Shown: positions 41,374 through 51,236, numbered from the stretch's first letter. The stretch: 64,000 nt of DNA from Gemmatimonadota bacterium (GCA_039591655.1 JBDHDE010000002.1:49078-113077); one strand, 5' to 3'. Program-made: numbers and translations. The notes: generated by a model from the sequence alone, not told the origin.

Positions 41374-42344
41374 GGTACGTCCACGGCCTCCAGGATCTTG
41401 GCGATCACTCCGTCCGACGAGACGTCTTCAGCCTCGGCCTCGAACGTGAGTAGCACGCGATGCCGCAACACGTCGGGAGCCATCGCCTTGACGTCCTCAG
41501 GAACGACGTACGCCCGACCGCGCAGGAAGGCGTGGGCGCGGGCGGCCTGTGCCAGATAGATCGACGCGCGTGGGCTGGCCCCGTAGGCTATGAGAGGCCG
41601 CACATCGTGGAGGCCGACGACCTGCGGTTCCCGCGTCGCCCTGACGACGTCCACAATGTAGTCCACGATCTTCTGGTCCATGTACAGCTCGGCGATCGTG
41701 CGCCGAATCGTGAGGATGTCCTCAGGCCCGGCCACGCGTCCCACCGCGATCTCCTGCCCGCCGGCCATCCTCCATAGGATCTCCTTCTCGTCATCCCGGC
41801 CAGGATAGCCCACGAACACCTTCAACATGAAGCGATCGAGCTGCGCCTCGGGCAGCGGATACGTGCCCTCCTGCTCGATGGGGTTCTGGGTGGCGAGCAC
41901 CAGAAACGGCTCGTCCAGGGCGTGGGTCTCGCTCCCGATGGTAACCTGCTTTTCCTGCATCGCCTCCAACAGAGCGGCCTGGACCTTCGCCGGCGCGCGG
42001 TTGATCTCGTCGGCCAGGATGATGTTGGCGAACAGCGGGCCGCGCTTGGGCCGGAACTCCCCGGTTCGCTGGTCGAAGACCATGGTGCCGATGATGTCTG
42101 CGGGAAGCAGGTCGGGGGTGAACTGAATCCGCTGGAAGCTCGTGCGGATCACCTCGGCGAGCGTGCGCACGGCCAGGGTCTTGGCCAGTCCCGGAACGCC
42201 TTCCAGCAGGATATGGCCCCCGGTGAGAAGACCGACCAGCAGCCGCTCCAACATCGCGTCCTGACCAACGACGCGCTTGCGGACCTCCTCGACCACGGCC
42301 GTCGTGACCGCGATTTCCGGGGCCTTCACGGCCCGCGAGGTCAC
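41370..42344 (-). CDS. moxR: MoxR family AAA+ ATPase
   Basis: EGVPGLAKT, RIQFTPDLLPADI, DEINRAPAKVQ, ATQNPIEQEGTYPLPEAQLDRF. Confidence 0.95.
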   Translation of the reverse strand: MTSRAVKAPEIAVTTAVVEEVRKRVVGQDAMLERLLVGLLTGGHILLEGVPGLAKTLAVRTLAEVIRTSFQRIQFTPDLLPADIIGTMVFDQRTGEFRPKRGPLFANIILADEINRAPAKVQAALLEAMQEKQVTIGSETHALDEPFLVLATQNPIEQEGTYPLPEAQLDRFMLKVFVGYPGRDDEKEILWRMAGGQEIAVGRVAGPEDILTIRRTIAELYMDQKIVDYIVDVVRATREPQVVGLHDVRPLIAYGASPRASIYLAQAARAHAFLRGRAYVVPEDVKAMAPDVLRHRVLLTFEAEAEDVSSDGVIAKILEAVDVP

Positions 42345-44056
42345 CCCAGAGCCCTCGTCGCGGCGTTGCGTACCACGGCATCCCCGTCCTGCGCCAGCGC
42401 CATCAAGGCCCGCTGGGCCTCAGGCGTTCCGAGGGCGCCCAGGGCCTCGGTGGCAGCGGCGCGCACCCGCGGGTTGTGCCGTGGTTCCGGAACGCCCGGC
42501 TCCCCGTATGTGGTGAGGCAGCGAACCGTCGTGTCGTCCCCCAGCCGCCCCAGCGCCCAGAGGAGCTTCAAGCGCACATCCTCATCCCGCTCCACGCCCA
42601 GGCGTGCCACAATCAGCGGGGAGACGGCTGGATCGTTGCCGGCCACGAGGGCGCGGGCGGCACTGGCCCGCACCTCCGGCTCCGCATCCTTCAGCAGCAG
42701 CAACGCCATCTGGACGATCTTGCGGCCTCCGATCTCGGCCATCGCTGCCGCTGCGTGCTCCCGGACCACGGCCGAGGGGTGGCGGGCACACTCCATGAGG
42801 GAGAACCGCGCCGCCATGCCACCGACGGCACCCAGCAAGTCGACAGCCGCCACGATCACGTCGGGTCCCTCGCCCGACAGTCGGCGCCTGAGGGCGTGGG
42901 CCACACGCTCGCCGGCACCCCGCAGGGCCTCCCGGTAGGCGGCACGCGTCTGCGGCGCGGCTCCCAGATAGGCATCCACCACGAACGGGCCGGCCCGCTC
43001 GCCGACCGCCGACACCGCCCGGATCAGTGCCTGCCGTTCATCCCGGGAGATCTCCGGGTCACCGATCCGCTGCACCATCCACACGAGGAGGGTGTCGTCC
43101 ACCAGACGCGAGATCACATCGGTGGCCTGCATGCTGAGCTCGGGCTCGACGCGCTCGGAAGCCACGCGCTCCAACACGGCGACTACCTCGGCTAGGAAAT
43201 GGGGCTGCCTGAGCGAGGCGAGCTCCGGGGCCAGCTCGGCGAGGCGCCGCAGGTTCCCCAATCTGGGCGCCGGGTCGGCACCCGGCATGAAATTGGACAG
43301 GAGGCGGCGCGCCTCGATGTCCGGAGGGAGCGCCTCGGGACGGAACACCCCCGTGGAGCGCCACGAGAAGGGGGTGTCGCCTGCCTCCGGAACGGCCGTC
43401 GACTGCCTCGGCGCGGCGGACCGTTTGGTGCTCAACACCACCACGTCCCCGAGACCCTGATCGCCCAGCGGCAGTTCCCCCCGCGCCACCCGCAGCATGA
43501 CACTGAGGTGCGCGGCGGTCGCTCCCGGCTGGACAACCAGGGTGCGCACCCCGCGCGTATGTAGCCGACGGGACAGCTCCACGAGGGCCGGGTTTCTTGG
43601 CAGCACCGGGGCTGCGTTCCAGGTGAGGCCCTTCAACCCAACCTTACACTCCACTGCTCCCCCGGCCACCATGTTGGGTAGCGTCGCCGAGACGACCTGG
43701 GTCGCCTCAGCCAGGGCGGGGTGGGTAGGCGGGTACAGGCGGGAGAGGTGGAAGACCTTGGCGACGGCCGAGAACGCGCACTCGACCCGCTGGATCGTGA
43801 CGTCCGTCCCGCCGCGGCGCCGGTCGACGGTGCGCCGCTCGGCACGGCGGCGGCGATCCCGCCCAGTGCGGCGCAGGCGGCTGCGCCGGTCGGCCCCGCG
43901 CCGCCGCTCGCGGGCGATGGGCAGCCGGGCAATCCGGCGCTCGTTGTGACGACGGTCCTGGCCCGAGCGGCGATCCCACCCGGAGCGACGCTCAACTATG
44001 ACACGTCTATCGTTGGTGCGCGGCTGGAAACCCACAGCTTCAGTCATCATCGACAC
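42341..44056 (-). CDS. HEAT-repeat protein with N-terminal tandem [D/E]RR arginine-rich repeats
   Basis: 10 [D/E]RR units in aa 16-81, an LYPPTHP domain, C-terminal HEAT repeats (VR..AA.AL); GTGA overlap with moxR. Confidence 0.82.
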   Translation of the reverse strand: MSMMTEAVGFQPRTNDRRVIVERRSGWDRRSGQDRRHNERRIARLPIARERRRGADRRSRLRRTGRDRRRRAERRTVDRRRGGTDVTIQRVECAFSAVAKVFHLSRLYPPTHPALAEATQVVSATLPNMVAGGAVECKVGLKGLTWNAAPVLPRNPALVELSRRLHTRGVRTLVVQPGATAAHLSVMLRVARGELPLGDQGLGDVVVLSTKRSAAPRQSTAVPEAGDTPFSWRSTGVFRPEALPPDIEARRLLSNFMPGADPAPRLGNLRRLAELAPELASLRQPHFLAEVVAVLERVASERVEPELSMQATDVISRLVDDTLLVWMVQRIGDPEISRDERQALIRAVSAVGERAGPFVVDAYLGAAPQTRAAYREALRGAGERVAHALRRRLSGEGPDVIVAAVDLLGAVGGMAARFSLMECARHPSAVVREHAAAAMAEIGGRKIVQMALLLLKDAEPEVRASAARALVAGNDPAVSPLIVARLGVERDEDVRLKLLWALGRLGDDTTVRCLTTYGEPGVPEPRHNPRVRAAATEALGALGTPEAQRALMALAQDGDAVVRNAATRALG

Positions 44057-44133
44057 GACCTCTGTGCTCGCGTGACACTGTCGAATTCGCTGTGGCGGTC
44101 ATAGGGCAAGGAGCGTGCCGGGCATGGATTCCC

Positions 44134-45768
44134 CTAGCGCTTGATGCGCTCTCCACCTTCTTCGTTGCGGAAGATCCACGTGGCGAACCGGGGCGGCGCA
44201 ATGGGGTCGGCGGCCTCGATCGCTCCCCACTCTACGCTGCTGTCCGATTCCGCACCGCGGTGGGCGGCCTGATCTGCCATGCGCTGCGCCCGGGCGATCC
44301 ATACCTTGCAGTTCTCCGGGCGCACGTCCACCCACCCCCTGGCCACCGCCTGCTCCACGTCGTCATCCACCGGCTGAATGATGACGAGCTCTCCCCTATA
44401 AACCTTCCCGTCCGGCACCACGATCGGAAGACCCACCGAGAGGATCGTCGCCCGGAGCTCCCCATCGCCGGCCACGAGCCGCACCGCCTCGGCCGACAGG
44501 GTCGCCGGGTCGCTCTCGGCCAGCTCGGCCACCGAGTCCCGGAGCCGCGACAGAATGAACGCCTCGTACAACGCCTTGGTAAGCCGCGGCGGTCCCAACA
44601 TCTCAAAGGCGACGGAGCGGACGCCGTGCTCCCGCTCCAGGGCCGTGAGTCGCTCGATGGCGTGGGCCCGGAGGATCCCAGCCTGGTAGGTCGGCCCGGC
44701 GGTGGACGCGTCGAGCGCCGTCATGATGTCCCGGCCCGTGGGATGGCCCTGCAACTCGGACACGACGTAGGCCGCCACCTCCTCGGGCGTGATGAACTCC
44801 ATCTGCCTGAGAGCCGTCACCGTCTCGAACTCGTCCCGCGCGAACAGGCCGTTCTCGCCACAGTCGGCCCACACCGACTCCAGGATCGATCCGGTATCCA
44901 CCCAGCCCGAGGCGTTCGGCCCGAAGGCCTGGGCAACGGCCAGGGGTGCCGGACAATCCACCTTCTGGAGGGGTTTGCCCTTACGTCGGACCGGGCCGTG
45001 CGCGATCTGCCCCCAGGCAATCGCCGTCGTGGGCTTGATCTCTGTGGTAGCCGGGGCCCCCGGGGTGCGCGCCATGAGCCACAACAGGAGCGAGTGCGCG
45101 CCGGCCACCGCGGACTTGGTGAGCAGGGTACGAGAGGGCCGCTCTTCGGAGTGGGTGTAGGGAATGTTCAGACCCATCCCTCCCGTCCCACTCGTCCCGA
45201 TCTTGACATATGCCTCCGTGCCAAAAGACCGAACGCACTCCAACATGATCTGCACGTGCCGGATGAGCTGCGGCATCGGGATCGAGAGCACATGCTCCTC
45301 TACCTGGTCCCTGGTGACCGCTCCGGTCTGCGCCGCGGCGAGCAGATCACGTGCCGAGTGGAACACGTCCTGATACGCGAACGCCGTGGCGGTGTTGATG
45401 CAGTCGACCACGGCGTCGGGCTCGTAGCGCTTGAACAGCCGAAACAGGAAGCCCCGCTCCACCACCTCCTTGGTCAACTCGCCCAGGATGTCACCGAGCA
45501 CCAGCTGACGGTGCGCCGGATCAGCCAGCAGCTCGCCACGGTCCAGCTTGGCCACCGTCGTCGGCACGAACACGTTGCCCCATTCGGTGACGATCTCGGT
45601 CCCGCCGGCGTGGGGAGCCAACCACAGGGCACCCTCCTCCACCTCGTCCTCGTACAAAGCCACCAGTACGATCCTTCTGGGTTGGAGCTCGAGGAGCCTC
45701 CGGGCCACCGCACGGCCCACCAACCCGCTGCCACCCAGAATGAGTATCGTCTTGCCCTTGAGTTCCAT
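44134..45768 (-). CDS. uncharacterised NAD(P)-binding Rossmann (SDR-like) protein, 544 aa
   Basis: N-terminal ILILGGSGLVG; distinctive KIGTSGTGGMGLNIPYTH block. Confidence 0.75.
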   Translation of the reverse strand: MELKGKTILILGGSGLVGRAVARRLLELQPRRIVLVALYEDEVEEGALWLAPHAGGTEIVTEWGNVFVPTTVAKLDRGELLADPAHRQLVLGDILGELTKEVVERGFLFRLFKRYEPDAVVDCINTATAFAYQDVFHSARDLLAAAQTGAVTRDQVEEHVLSIPMPQLIRHVQIMLECVRSFGTEAYVKIGTSGTGGMGLNIPYTHSEERPSRTLLTKSAVAGAHSLLLWLMARTPGAPATTEIKPTTAIAWGQIAHGPVRRKGKPLQKVDCPAPLAVAQAFGPNASGWVDTGSILESVWADCGENGLFARDEFETVTALRQMEFITPEEVAAYVVSELQGHPTGRDIMTALDASTAGPTYQAGILRAHAIERLTALEREHGVRSVAFEMLGPPRLTKALYEAFILSRLRDSVAELAESDPATLSAEAVRLVAGDGELRATILSVGLPIVVPDGKVYRGELVIIQPVDDDVEQAVARGWVDVRPENCKVWIARAQRMADQAAHRGAESDSSVEWGAIEAADPIAPPRFATWIFRNEEGGERIKR

Positions 45769-45782
45769 CGCCGATTCCCGTT

Positions 45783-46499
45783 TCAGGCGGCGCGCAGCGC
45801 GCGCAGCGCCTCCCGTTCACGTTTCGACAGATAGCGCCACTTGCCCGGCGCCAGATTCCCCAACTTCACCGGCCCGTGGCTCGTCCGGATGAGACGCTCG
45901 ACCTTGAGCCCGAGTCGGCGGCACAAGCGCCGCACGATGCGGTAGCGCCCCTCCGCCAGTACCAGCGTCACCTCGCTGGAGCCACGCGCCGCGCCGCGCA
46001 CCCGCGCCGAAACCAGTCGCAGCGGCCGCCCGTCGATGACGATCGTCCGGCCGAGCCTCCGTCGAATCTCGTCTGCCGGACGCCCGTGCACCAGCGCGCG
46101 GTACGTCCGCTCCACCGCATAGCGCGGATGCATGAGCGTGTGGGCGGCCGCGCCGTCCGTGGTGAGGAGCAACAGGCCCGCGGTTGCCACGTCTAGCCGG
46201 CCGACGTAGGTGAGACCCGGCACGGTGGGCAGCAATTCGAAGACCGTACGCCGGCCCCGCGGATCGCTCTTGGTGACCACGTAACCCACCGGCTTGTTCA
46301 GGGCCAACCACGCGGTCTTCGCGGGCTGCACCCTCTGACCCGCCACCGTGATCACGTCGGCCGCCGGATCCACGCTCGCCCCGATCTGTGCAATCCGACC
46401 GTTGACCCGCACGCGGCCGGCCCTGATCAGCTCCTCTGCCCGACGGCGCGACGCCACGCCGGCACGCGCCAGGGCGCGCTGCAGGCGCATGGTCGTCAT
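45783..46499 (-). CDS. rluB: rRNA pseudouridine synthase (RluB/RsuA family)
   Basis: S4 domain GVASRR, LNKP.G, VGRLD catalytic Asp; follows scpAB. Confidence 0.9.
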   Translation of the reverse strand: MTTMRLQRALARAGVASRRRAEELIRAGRVRVNGRIAQIGASVDPAADVITVAGQRVQPAKTAWLALNKPVGYVVTKSDPRGRRTVFELLPTVPGLTYVGRLDVATAGLLLLTTDGAAAHTLMHPRYAVERTYRALVHGRPADEIRRRLGRTIVIDGRPLRLVSARVRGAARGSSEVTLVLAEGRYRIVRRLCRRLGLKVERLIRTSHGPVKLGNLAPGKWRYLSKREREALRALRAA

Positions 46500-47053
46500 G
46501 GTTCGCCCAGCTCGCCTGCCTCCGTCGGCGGCCGCAGCGCGACGGACAGCTCCTCCAGCCGTGGCAGCTCTTCCAGCGTACGCACCCCCAGTAGCTCCAG
46601 CAGCGCTGGAGTGGTCCCGTAGAGCAGCGGACGGCCCAGACCATCCGCCCGCCCCACGACCTCGACCACACCTCGCTCCTGCAGCGACCTGAGTACCCCT
46701 TCCACCGAGACCCCGCGGATGTCCTCAATCTGCGCGCGGCTCACAGGCTGCCTGTAGGCGATGACCGCAAGCGTCTCCAGCGCCGCGCGCGACAGCTTGC
46801 GGGGGCGCGCCACGATACGCGCCTCGGCAATGGCCTCGGCAAGGTGGCGCCGCGAGACGACCTGGTACCCGTCTCCCACCTCGATCAGCTCGACACCGTG
46901 GCCCCCGACCTCGTAGTGCTCACGCAGCTCCTCCAGCCGTGCCTGCAACTCCTCGTCGGAGCCCTCCGGCAACAGGCGCCGCAGCTCATCTACGGTGAGC
47001 GGATGGTCTGCCGAGAAGAGGGCAGCCTCAAGCAGTTGCGAGATCGCGTTCAC
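46496..47053 (-). CDS. scpB: SMC-Scp complex subunit ScpB
   Basis: LSRAALETLAVIAYRQPVSRAQIEDIRGV, GRPLLYGTT. Confidence 0.95.
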   Translation of the reverse strand: MNAISQLLEAALFSADHPLTVDELRRLLPEGSDEELQARLEELREHYEVGGHGVELIEVGDGYQVVSRRHLAEAIAEARIVARPRKLSRAALETLAVIAYRQPVSRAQIEDIRGVSVEGVLRSLQERGVVEVVGRADGLGRPLLYGTTPALLELLGVRTLEELPRLEELSVALRPPTEAGELGEP

Positions 47054-47765
47054 GCTTGATCCTCAGCGAGCCGAAAGCCTTTCGTTGAGCGATTCGAATG
47101 CGGCCCAGCCGTGCCAACTCCAGGAGGGCCAGGAGCGCCGAGAGCACGTCCACGATGCCGCGCGCCTCACCGATGGCATCCAGCAAGCTCAGCTCCTCGC
47201 GAGTCTCCAGGAGCCCCAGAATGCGCTGCGTCGCACCCTCCACGTCCAGGGGACGCGGCACCACCCGATGGAGCATCGGCTCGGGCATCGCCTCGACCAT
47301 CTGCTCCACCGCCACCAGGAGCTCCTCCACCGATACCGCGATGGGCCGGGGGGGAAGCTGCGGAGGCTCGGGCACCCATCCGCGAGTGAACCGCCCGGAG
47401 TGCTCGCTCGCCTGTTGCGACAGCCAATCGGCCACTTCCCGGATCTGCTCGTACTCCAGCAGGCGTCGCACGAGCTCGGCCCGCGGGTCCTCCCACGCCT
47501 CGTCATCGAAGGGCTGCGGCAACAGCATCTGGATCTTGATACGCAGGAGCTGCGCCGCCATCTCGAGGTAGTCCGCTGCCTCGTTGAGTTCCAGCACCTG
47601 AATCGCCTCGAGGAACTGATCGGCGATCCGTGCGATGGGAATGTCGGCGATGTCGATCTCCTGCTCCCGAATCAGGTGCAGCAGGAGGTCCAGCGGCCCC
47701 GAGAAGGCCTCGAGCCGGACCACAAAAGGGGTCTCGTTCGTCGTCGTGATGGACGTCGCCGTCAT
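47028..47765 (-). CDS. scpA: segregation and condensation protein ScpA
   Basis: FSGPLDLLLHLI, EDPRAELVRRLLEYE, LALLEL. Confidence 0.95.
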   Translation of the reverse strand: MTATSITTTNETPFVVRLEAFSGPLDLLLHLIREQEIDIADIPIARIADQFLEAIQVLELNEAADYLEMAAQLLRIKIQMLLPQPFDDEAWEDPRAELVRRLLEYEQIREVADWLSQQASEHSGRFTRGWVPEPPQLPPRPIAVSVEELLVAVEQMVEAMPEPMLHRVVPRPLDVEGATQRILGLLETREELSLLDAIGEARGIVDVLSALLALLELARLGRIRIAQRKAFGSLRIKRERDLATA

Positions 47766-48448
47766 AGCTGGCACAAGGGGAACGGCTGCAACGTGTACGG
47801 GCCAGCCAGATCACAGGCCACTCCGTGGAGGGCAAACGCTGGAGCCAGCAGACCGTACAGCACGTCAGGCGCGATCAGTACCACCAACATCAGTACCCAC
47901 ACGCCGTGACGAGCCACGGTACGGTAGCGCATCGCCCACTGCCGGGGAAGTGCGTGGTACAAGAGGCGCGAGCCGTCAAGCGGCGGAATGGGAATCAGGT
48001 TGAAGAACGCCAACAGCAGGTTGAGCCACACCCCCCACCAGCACAGCAGCTGTGCTACGGCAAGCGCGCTCCCCACCGTCGGGGCGGCGGCGCCCAACAC
48101 TCCCAGAACGATACCCAGGACCAGAGAGGTCACCGCCAGCCCCACATTGACCACGATGCCCGCCGACGAGACGATCAGGTCGCCCCGGCGGTACTGCCGG
48201 TAGTTGCGCGGGTTCACCGGGACCGGCTTGGCGCCTCCGAACACCACACGCCCTCCCGACGCCACCAGCACCAGCAGCGGCATCAACACGGTGAAGAACG
48301 GATCGATGTGCTTGAGGGGATTCAAGGTCAACCGACCCATGGCCTTGGCCGTCGGATCACCCTGTTTCAGCGCTGCATACCCGTGCGCGTACTCGTGCGC
48401 CACCATGGAGAAGAGGAGCACGGGAAGTGCGATCAGGAGTTCGTTCAC
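47762..48448 (-). CDS. site-2 protease (M50) family
   Basis: HEYAH, NPLKHIDP, FNLIPIPPLDGS. Confidence 0.93.
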   Translation of the reverse strand: MNELLIALPVLLFSMVAHEYAHGYAALKQGDPTAKAMGRLTLNPLKHIDPFFTVLMPLLVLVASGGRVVFGGAKPVPVNPRNYRQYRRGDLIVSSAGIVVNVGLAVTSLVLGIVLGVLGAAAPTVGSALAVAQLLCWWGVWLNLLLAFFNLIPIPPLDGSRLLYHALPRQWAMRYRTVARHGVWVLMLVVLIAPDVLYGLLAPAFALHGVACDLAGPYTLQPFPLCQL

Positions 48449-48481
48449 TTGGGGGTGAGTTCCGTAGGTCGGTGCGGCAGA

Positions 48482-48510
48482 AAGCTAACGGCGCCCCTGC
48501 CACGTGTCAA
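48482..48510 (-). promoter_or_regulatory. sigma70-type promoter for the site-2 protease/scpAB run
   Basis: TTGACA-N17-TAGCTT on the - strand. Confidence 0.6.
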
Positions 48511-48522
48511 AGGCGTAGCGCC

Positions 48523-48551
48523 TTGACTGGCAGAGACTTGCACGATAGTAT
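48523..48551 (+). promoter_or_regulatory. sigma70-type promoter of rpsT
   Basis: TTGACT-N17-TAGTAT. Confidence 0.6.
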
Positions 48552-48598
48552 TCCGGCTCGGTTTTGGGGCCGACGGCCCCGGTTTCACGCAAGGAGTT

Positions 48599-48865
48599 GT
48601 GGTGCCGACCATTCAGTCAGCCAAGAAGCGCATGCGGCAAGCCGAGCGCCACCGCGCCCGCAACCGCCAACACCGAAGCGCCGTGCGCACGGCGATCAAG
48701 AAGGTGCGGCAGGCCGCCACCGCAGAGGAGGCCGCCTCCGCCTACCGCGATGCCGAGCAGCTGCTCGACCGCGCCGCCCGCAAGAACCTGGTGCACAAGA
48801 ACAACGCGGCGCGTCACAAGCGCCGCTTACAGAAGCTCGTCGCTGGAAAGGGCGGGAAGAAGTAG
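48599..48865 (+). CDS. rpsT: 30S ribosomal protein S20
   Basis: SAKKRMRQ, VHKNNAARHKRRL; AAGGAG SD. Confidence 0.96.
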   Translation: MVPTIQSAKKRMRQAERHRARNRQHRSAVRTAIKKVRQAATAEEAASAYRDAEQLLDRAARKNLVHKNNAARHKRRLQKLVAGKGGKK

Positions 48866-49804
48866 CTAGAGCGCTGCGAGCTCCGCGCCGCAGCGCTCGC
48901 AGTACCACTCCGTGGGCAGGTTCTGGGCCCCGCATTCCCCACACGTCACAGTCTTGGCCGACCCCTTGGACGGACGGTCCTGTTCCGTCACCGGCCCCAC
49001 GCCCTCTGCCCCGACAAGCGAGGCCCGCTCGCTGCGGGTCGTGGAGTCCACCGGCGGCGCCGCCGCCTCGTCCACCGGCACAGGCGAGGCCAGGTCCGGG
49101 GTCGACACACGGTGCAGTGTGCCACTCACCCGGGACGTCCTCGGGCGCCGCTCCTCCTCCTCGGTCACTGAGCGCAGGAACGCCAGCTCATCGAAGCCCT
49201 CCGCCGGCGTAGCGGAGGAGTCGCGCTTCCCGCTCCCCGCCGGGGTGGCGGGCTCGGCGGCGGGCTCGGCGCTGTGCTCGGAGGAGAGCTCCTTGATGGC
49301 AGGCGGCATCTCATCAATCACTGCCGGCGGTGCCTCCGGAGGCTCGGGAGTCTCCGGCTCCGGCTCGCCCGCGTCCACCACCCCCATCACCTCCTCGATG
49401 CCGGCGATCTCCTCCTCGACGCCCTTCAGCTCCTCCCGGATCTTTACGAGGGACTCGAGAATCCCCGACCGGAGCTCCGACCACTTGGCCTCGCCAAACT
49501 CCCCCACGGTGTGCCGTAGCTCGGCCTCCGCCATCCGCTCAGAGACCGCGGCCTCCTGGCTGGCTAGCTCGTCGCGGGCCTTCTGTTGTTCCTCCAGCGC
49601 CGCCGTCAGCTCCGCCCGCATGCCCTGGAGCTCCTCCACAATGGCATCCCGCCGCTTCGCGTAGTCGGCCCGGACCTTGTGCCGCACCTGGTCCGGCGTC
49701 TTGTCCGCCGCCATATCCAGGCGCTCGAGCCACTGGGCGACCTGACGCTGTTCGTCGAGGAGTCGCTTGATGTCGGCCGTCGAGCGTTTTGAGCGTTTGG
49801 CCAT
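48866..49804 (-). CDS. hypothetical coiled-coil protein with C-terminal zinc ribbon
   Basis: About 140-aa heptad-rich N-terminus, P/E/A linker, FDELAFLRSV, CGECG...WYCERCG; GAGG SD. Confidence 0.78.
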   Translation of the reverse strand: MAKRSKRSTADIKRLLDEQRQVAQWLERLDMAADKTPDQVRHKVRADYAKRRDAIVEELQGMRAELTAALEEQQKARDELASQEAAVSERMAEAELRHTVGEFGEAKWSELRSGILESLVKIREELKGVEEEIAGIEEVMGVVDAGEPEPETPEPPEAPPAVIDEMPPAIKELSSEHSAEPAAEPATPAGSGKRDSSATPAEGFDELAFLRSVTEEEERRPRTSRVSGTLHRVSTPDLASPVPVDEAAAPPVDSTTRSERASLVGAEGVGPVTEQDRPSKGSAKTVTCGECGAQNLPTEWYCERCGAELAAL

Positions 49805-49952
49805 CTCGACCTCATGAAACGGCACGGGGCGCGAGGGAGCCCCCCCTGCCGGGGCGCCCGGCAGGGCTATCTGCTTAAGATAAAACAACTTTGACGATTT
49901 GCGCCAAACTCGGCAGCGGCGTACGTCACGAATCCACGGTTTGTGAAGACCG

Positions 49953-51236
49953 TCACACCGCTGTGGTGACCGTCACACCACCCACGATCGTGCGCTCCAC
50001 CAGCCCCTCAAGCTCCCAACCGCCGAACGGGGTGTTGCGACTCTTGGAGCGGAACTGCGCGGGTTCCACCACCCAACGGGCCTCAGGATCGAACACCACC
50101 ACGTCGGCCGGTGACCCGCGGCGCAGCGTCCCACCGGGCAGGTGAAAGATCCGCGCCGGCTCGGTACTCATGCGCCGTATCAGCTCTGGCAGGGTGAGGC
50201 AGCCCGGCCCCACCAGCTTCGTGATGCCCAGGCCCAGGGCAGTCTCCAAGCCGATCACGCCGAAGGGGGCGTCGTCGAACTCCCGCTCCTTCAGCTCATA
50301 GTGATGCGGTGCGTGATCGGTGGCGATGGCATCGAGGGTGCCGTCCTTGAGCCCATCAATCACGGCGGCGACGTCGGCCTCCTCCCGGAGCGGGGGGTTC
50401 ATCTTGGCGTTGGTGTCGTAGCCCTCGCACGCCTCGTGGGTCAGCGCGAAGTGGTGGGGCGTGGCCTCGGCCGTGACGTTCACGCCGCGGTCCTTCGCGC
50501 GCCGGATGAACTCGACCGAGCCCCGCGTGGACATGTGGCACAGGTGGATGTGGCCCCCGGTGAGCTCGGCGAGGAGGAGATTGCGGACCACCATGATCTC
50601 CTCGCACGCCGCCGGAATACCCCTGAGCCCCAGCCGTGCCGAGACCTTGCCCTCGTGCATCACTCCGTGCTTGAAGAGGTAGGGGTCCTCGCAGTGCTCG
50701 GCCACGGGAATCCCGAAGGACCGGGCGTACTCCAGGGCCGAGCGCATCAGCTGGCTCGAGATCACAGGATGGCCGTCGTCGCTCACTGCCACGGCCCCGG
50801 CGGCCACCATCTCACCGAACTCCGAGAGCTGCTCACCGTTCTGGCCCGGGGTCATCGCGCCGATGGGATAAACCCGCGCCGCCTCGGCCGCGGCTCCCTG
50901 CTTCACGATGAATCCCACGGCCGCCTGATTGTCGGTCACCGGATCGGTGTTCGGCATGGCGCACACCGATGTGAAGCCCCCTACGGCCGCCGCCCGAGCA
51001 CCTGTCGCGACCGTCTCGGCATCCTCGCGGCCGGGCTCCCGCAGATGGACATGGATATCCACCAGCCCGGGCGCGACGACCTTGCCGGAGACGTCGTGGG
51101 TCTCCGCTCCGTCCGGTGCCGCGAGGTTTCGCCCTAGGCCCTCGATCTTCCCCTCTACGAGCAGCAGATCTGCCGTGGCGTCGTGGTCCTGGGAGGGATC
51201 CACTACACGCCCGCCCTTGAGCAGCACCGGTCTCAT
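49953..51236 (-). CDS. pyrC: dihydroorotase
   Basis: [36 protein letters not shown]. Confidence 0.95.
   Translation of the reverse strand: MRPVLLKGGRVVDPSQDHDATADLLLVEGKIEGLGRNLAAPDGAETHDVSGKVVAPGLVDIHVHLREPGREDAETVATGARAAAVGGFTSVCAMPNTDPVTDNQAAVGFIVKQGAAAEAARVYPIGAMTPGQNGEQLSEFGEMVAAGAVAVSDDGHPVISSQLMRSALEYARSFGIPVAEHCEDPYLFKHGVMHEGKVSARLGLRGIPAACEEIMVVRNLLLAELTGGHIHLCHMSTRGSVEFIRRAKDRGVNVTAEATPHHFALTHEACEGYDTNAKMNPPLREEADVAAVIDGLKDGTLDAIATDHAPHHYELKEREFDDAPFGVIGLETALGLGITKLVGPGCLTLPELIRRMSTEPARIFHLPGGTLRRGSPADVVVFDPEARWVVEPAQFRSKSRNTPFGGWELEGLVERTIVGGVTVTTAV

Noticed and set aside
44092..45834. 580-aa + strand ORF
   Set aside because: Antisense shadow of the Rossmann-fold gene
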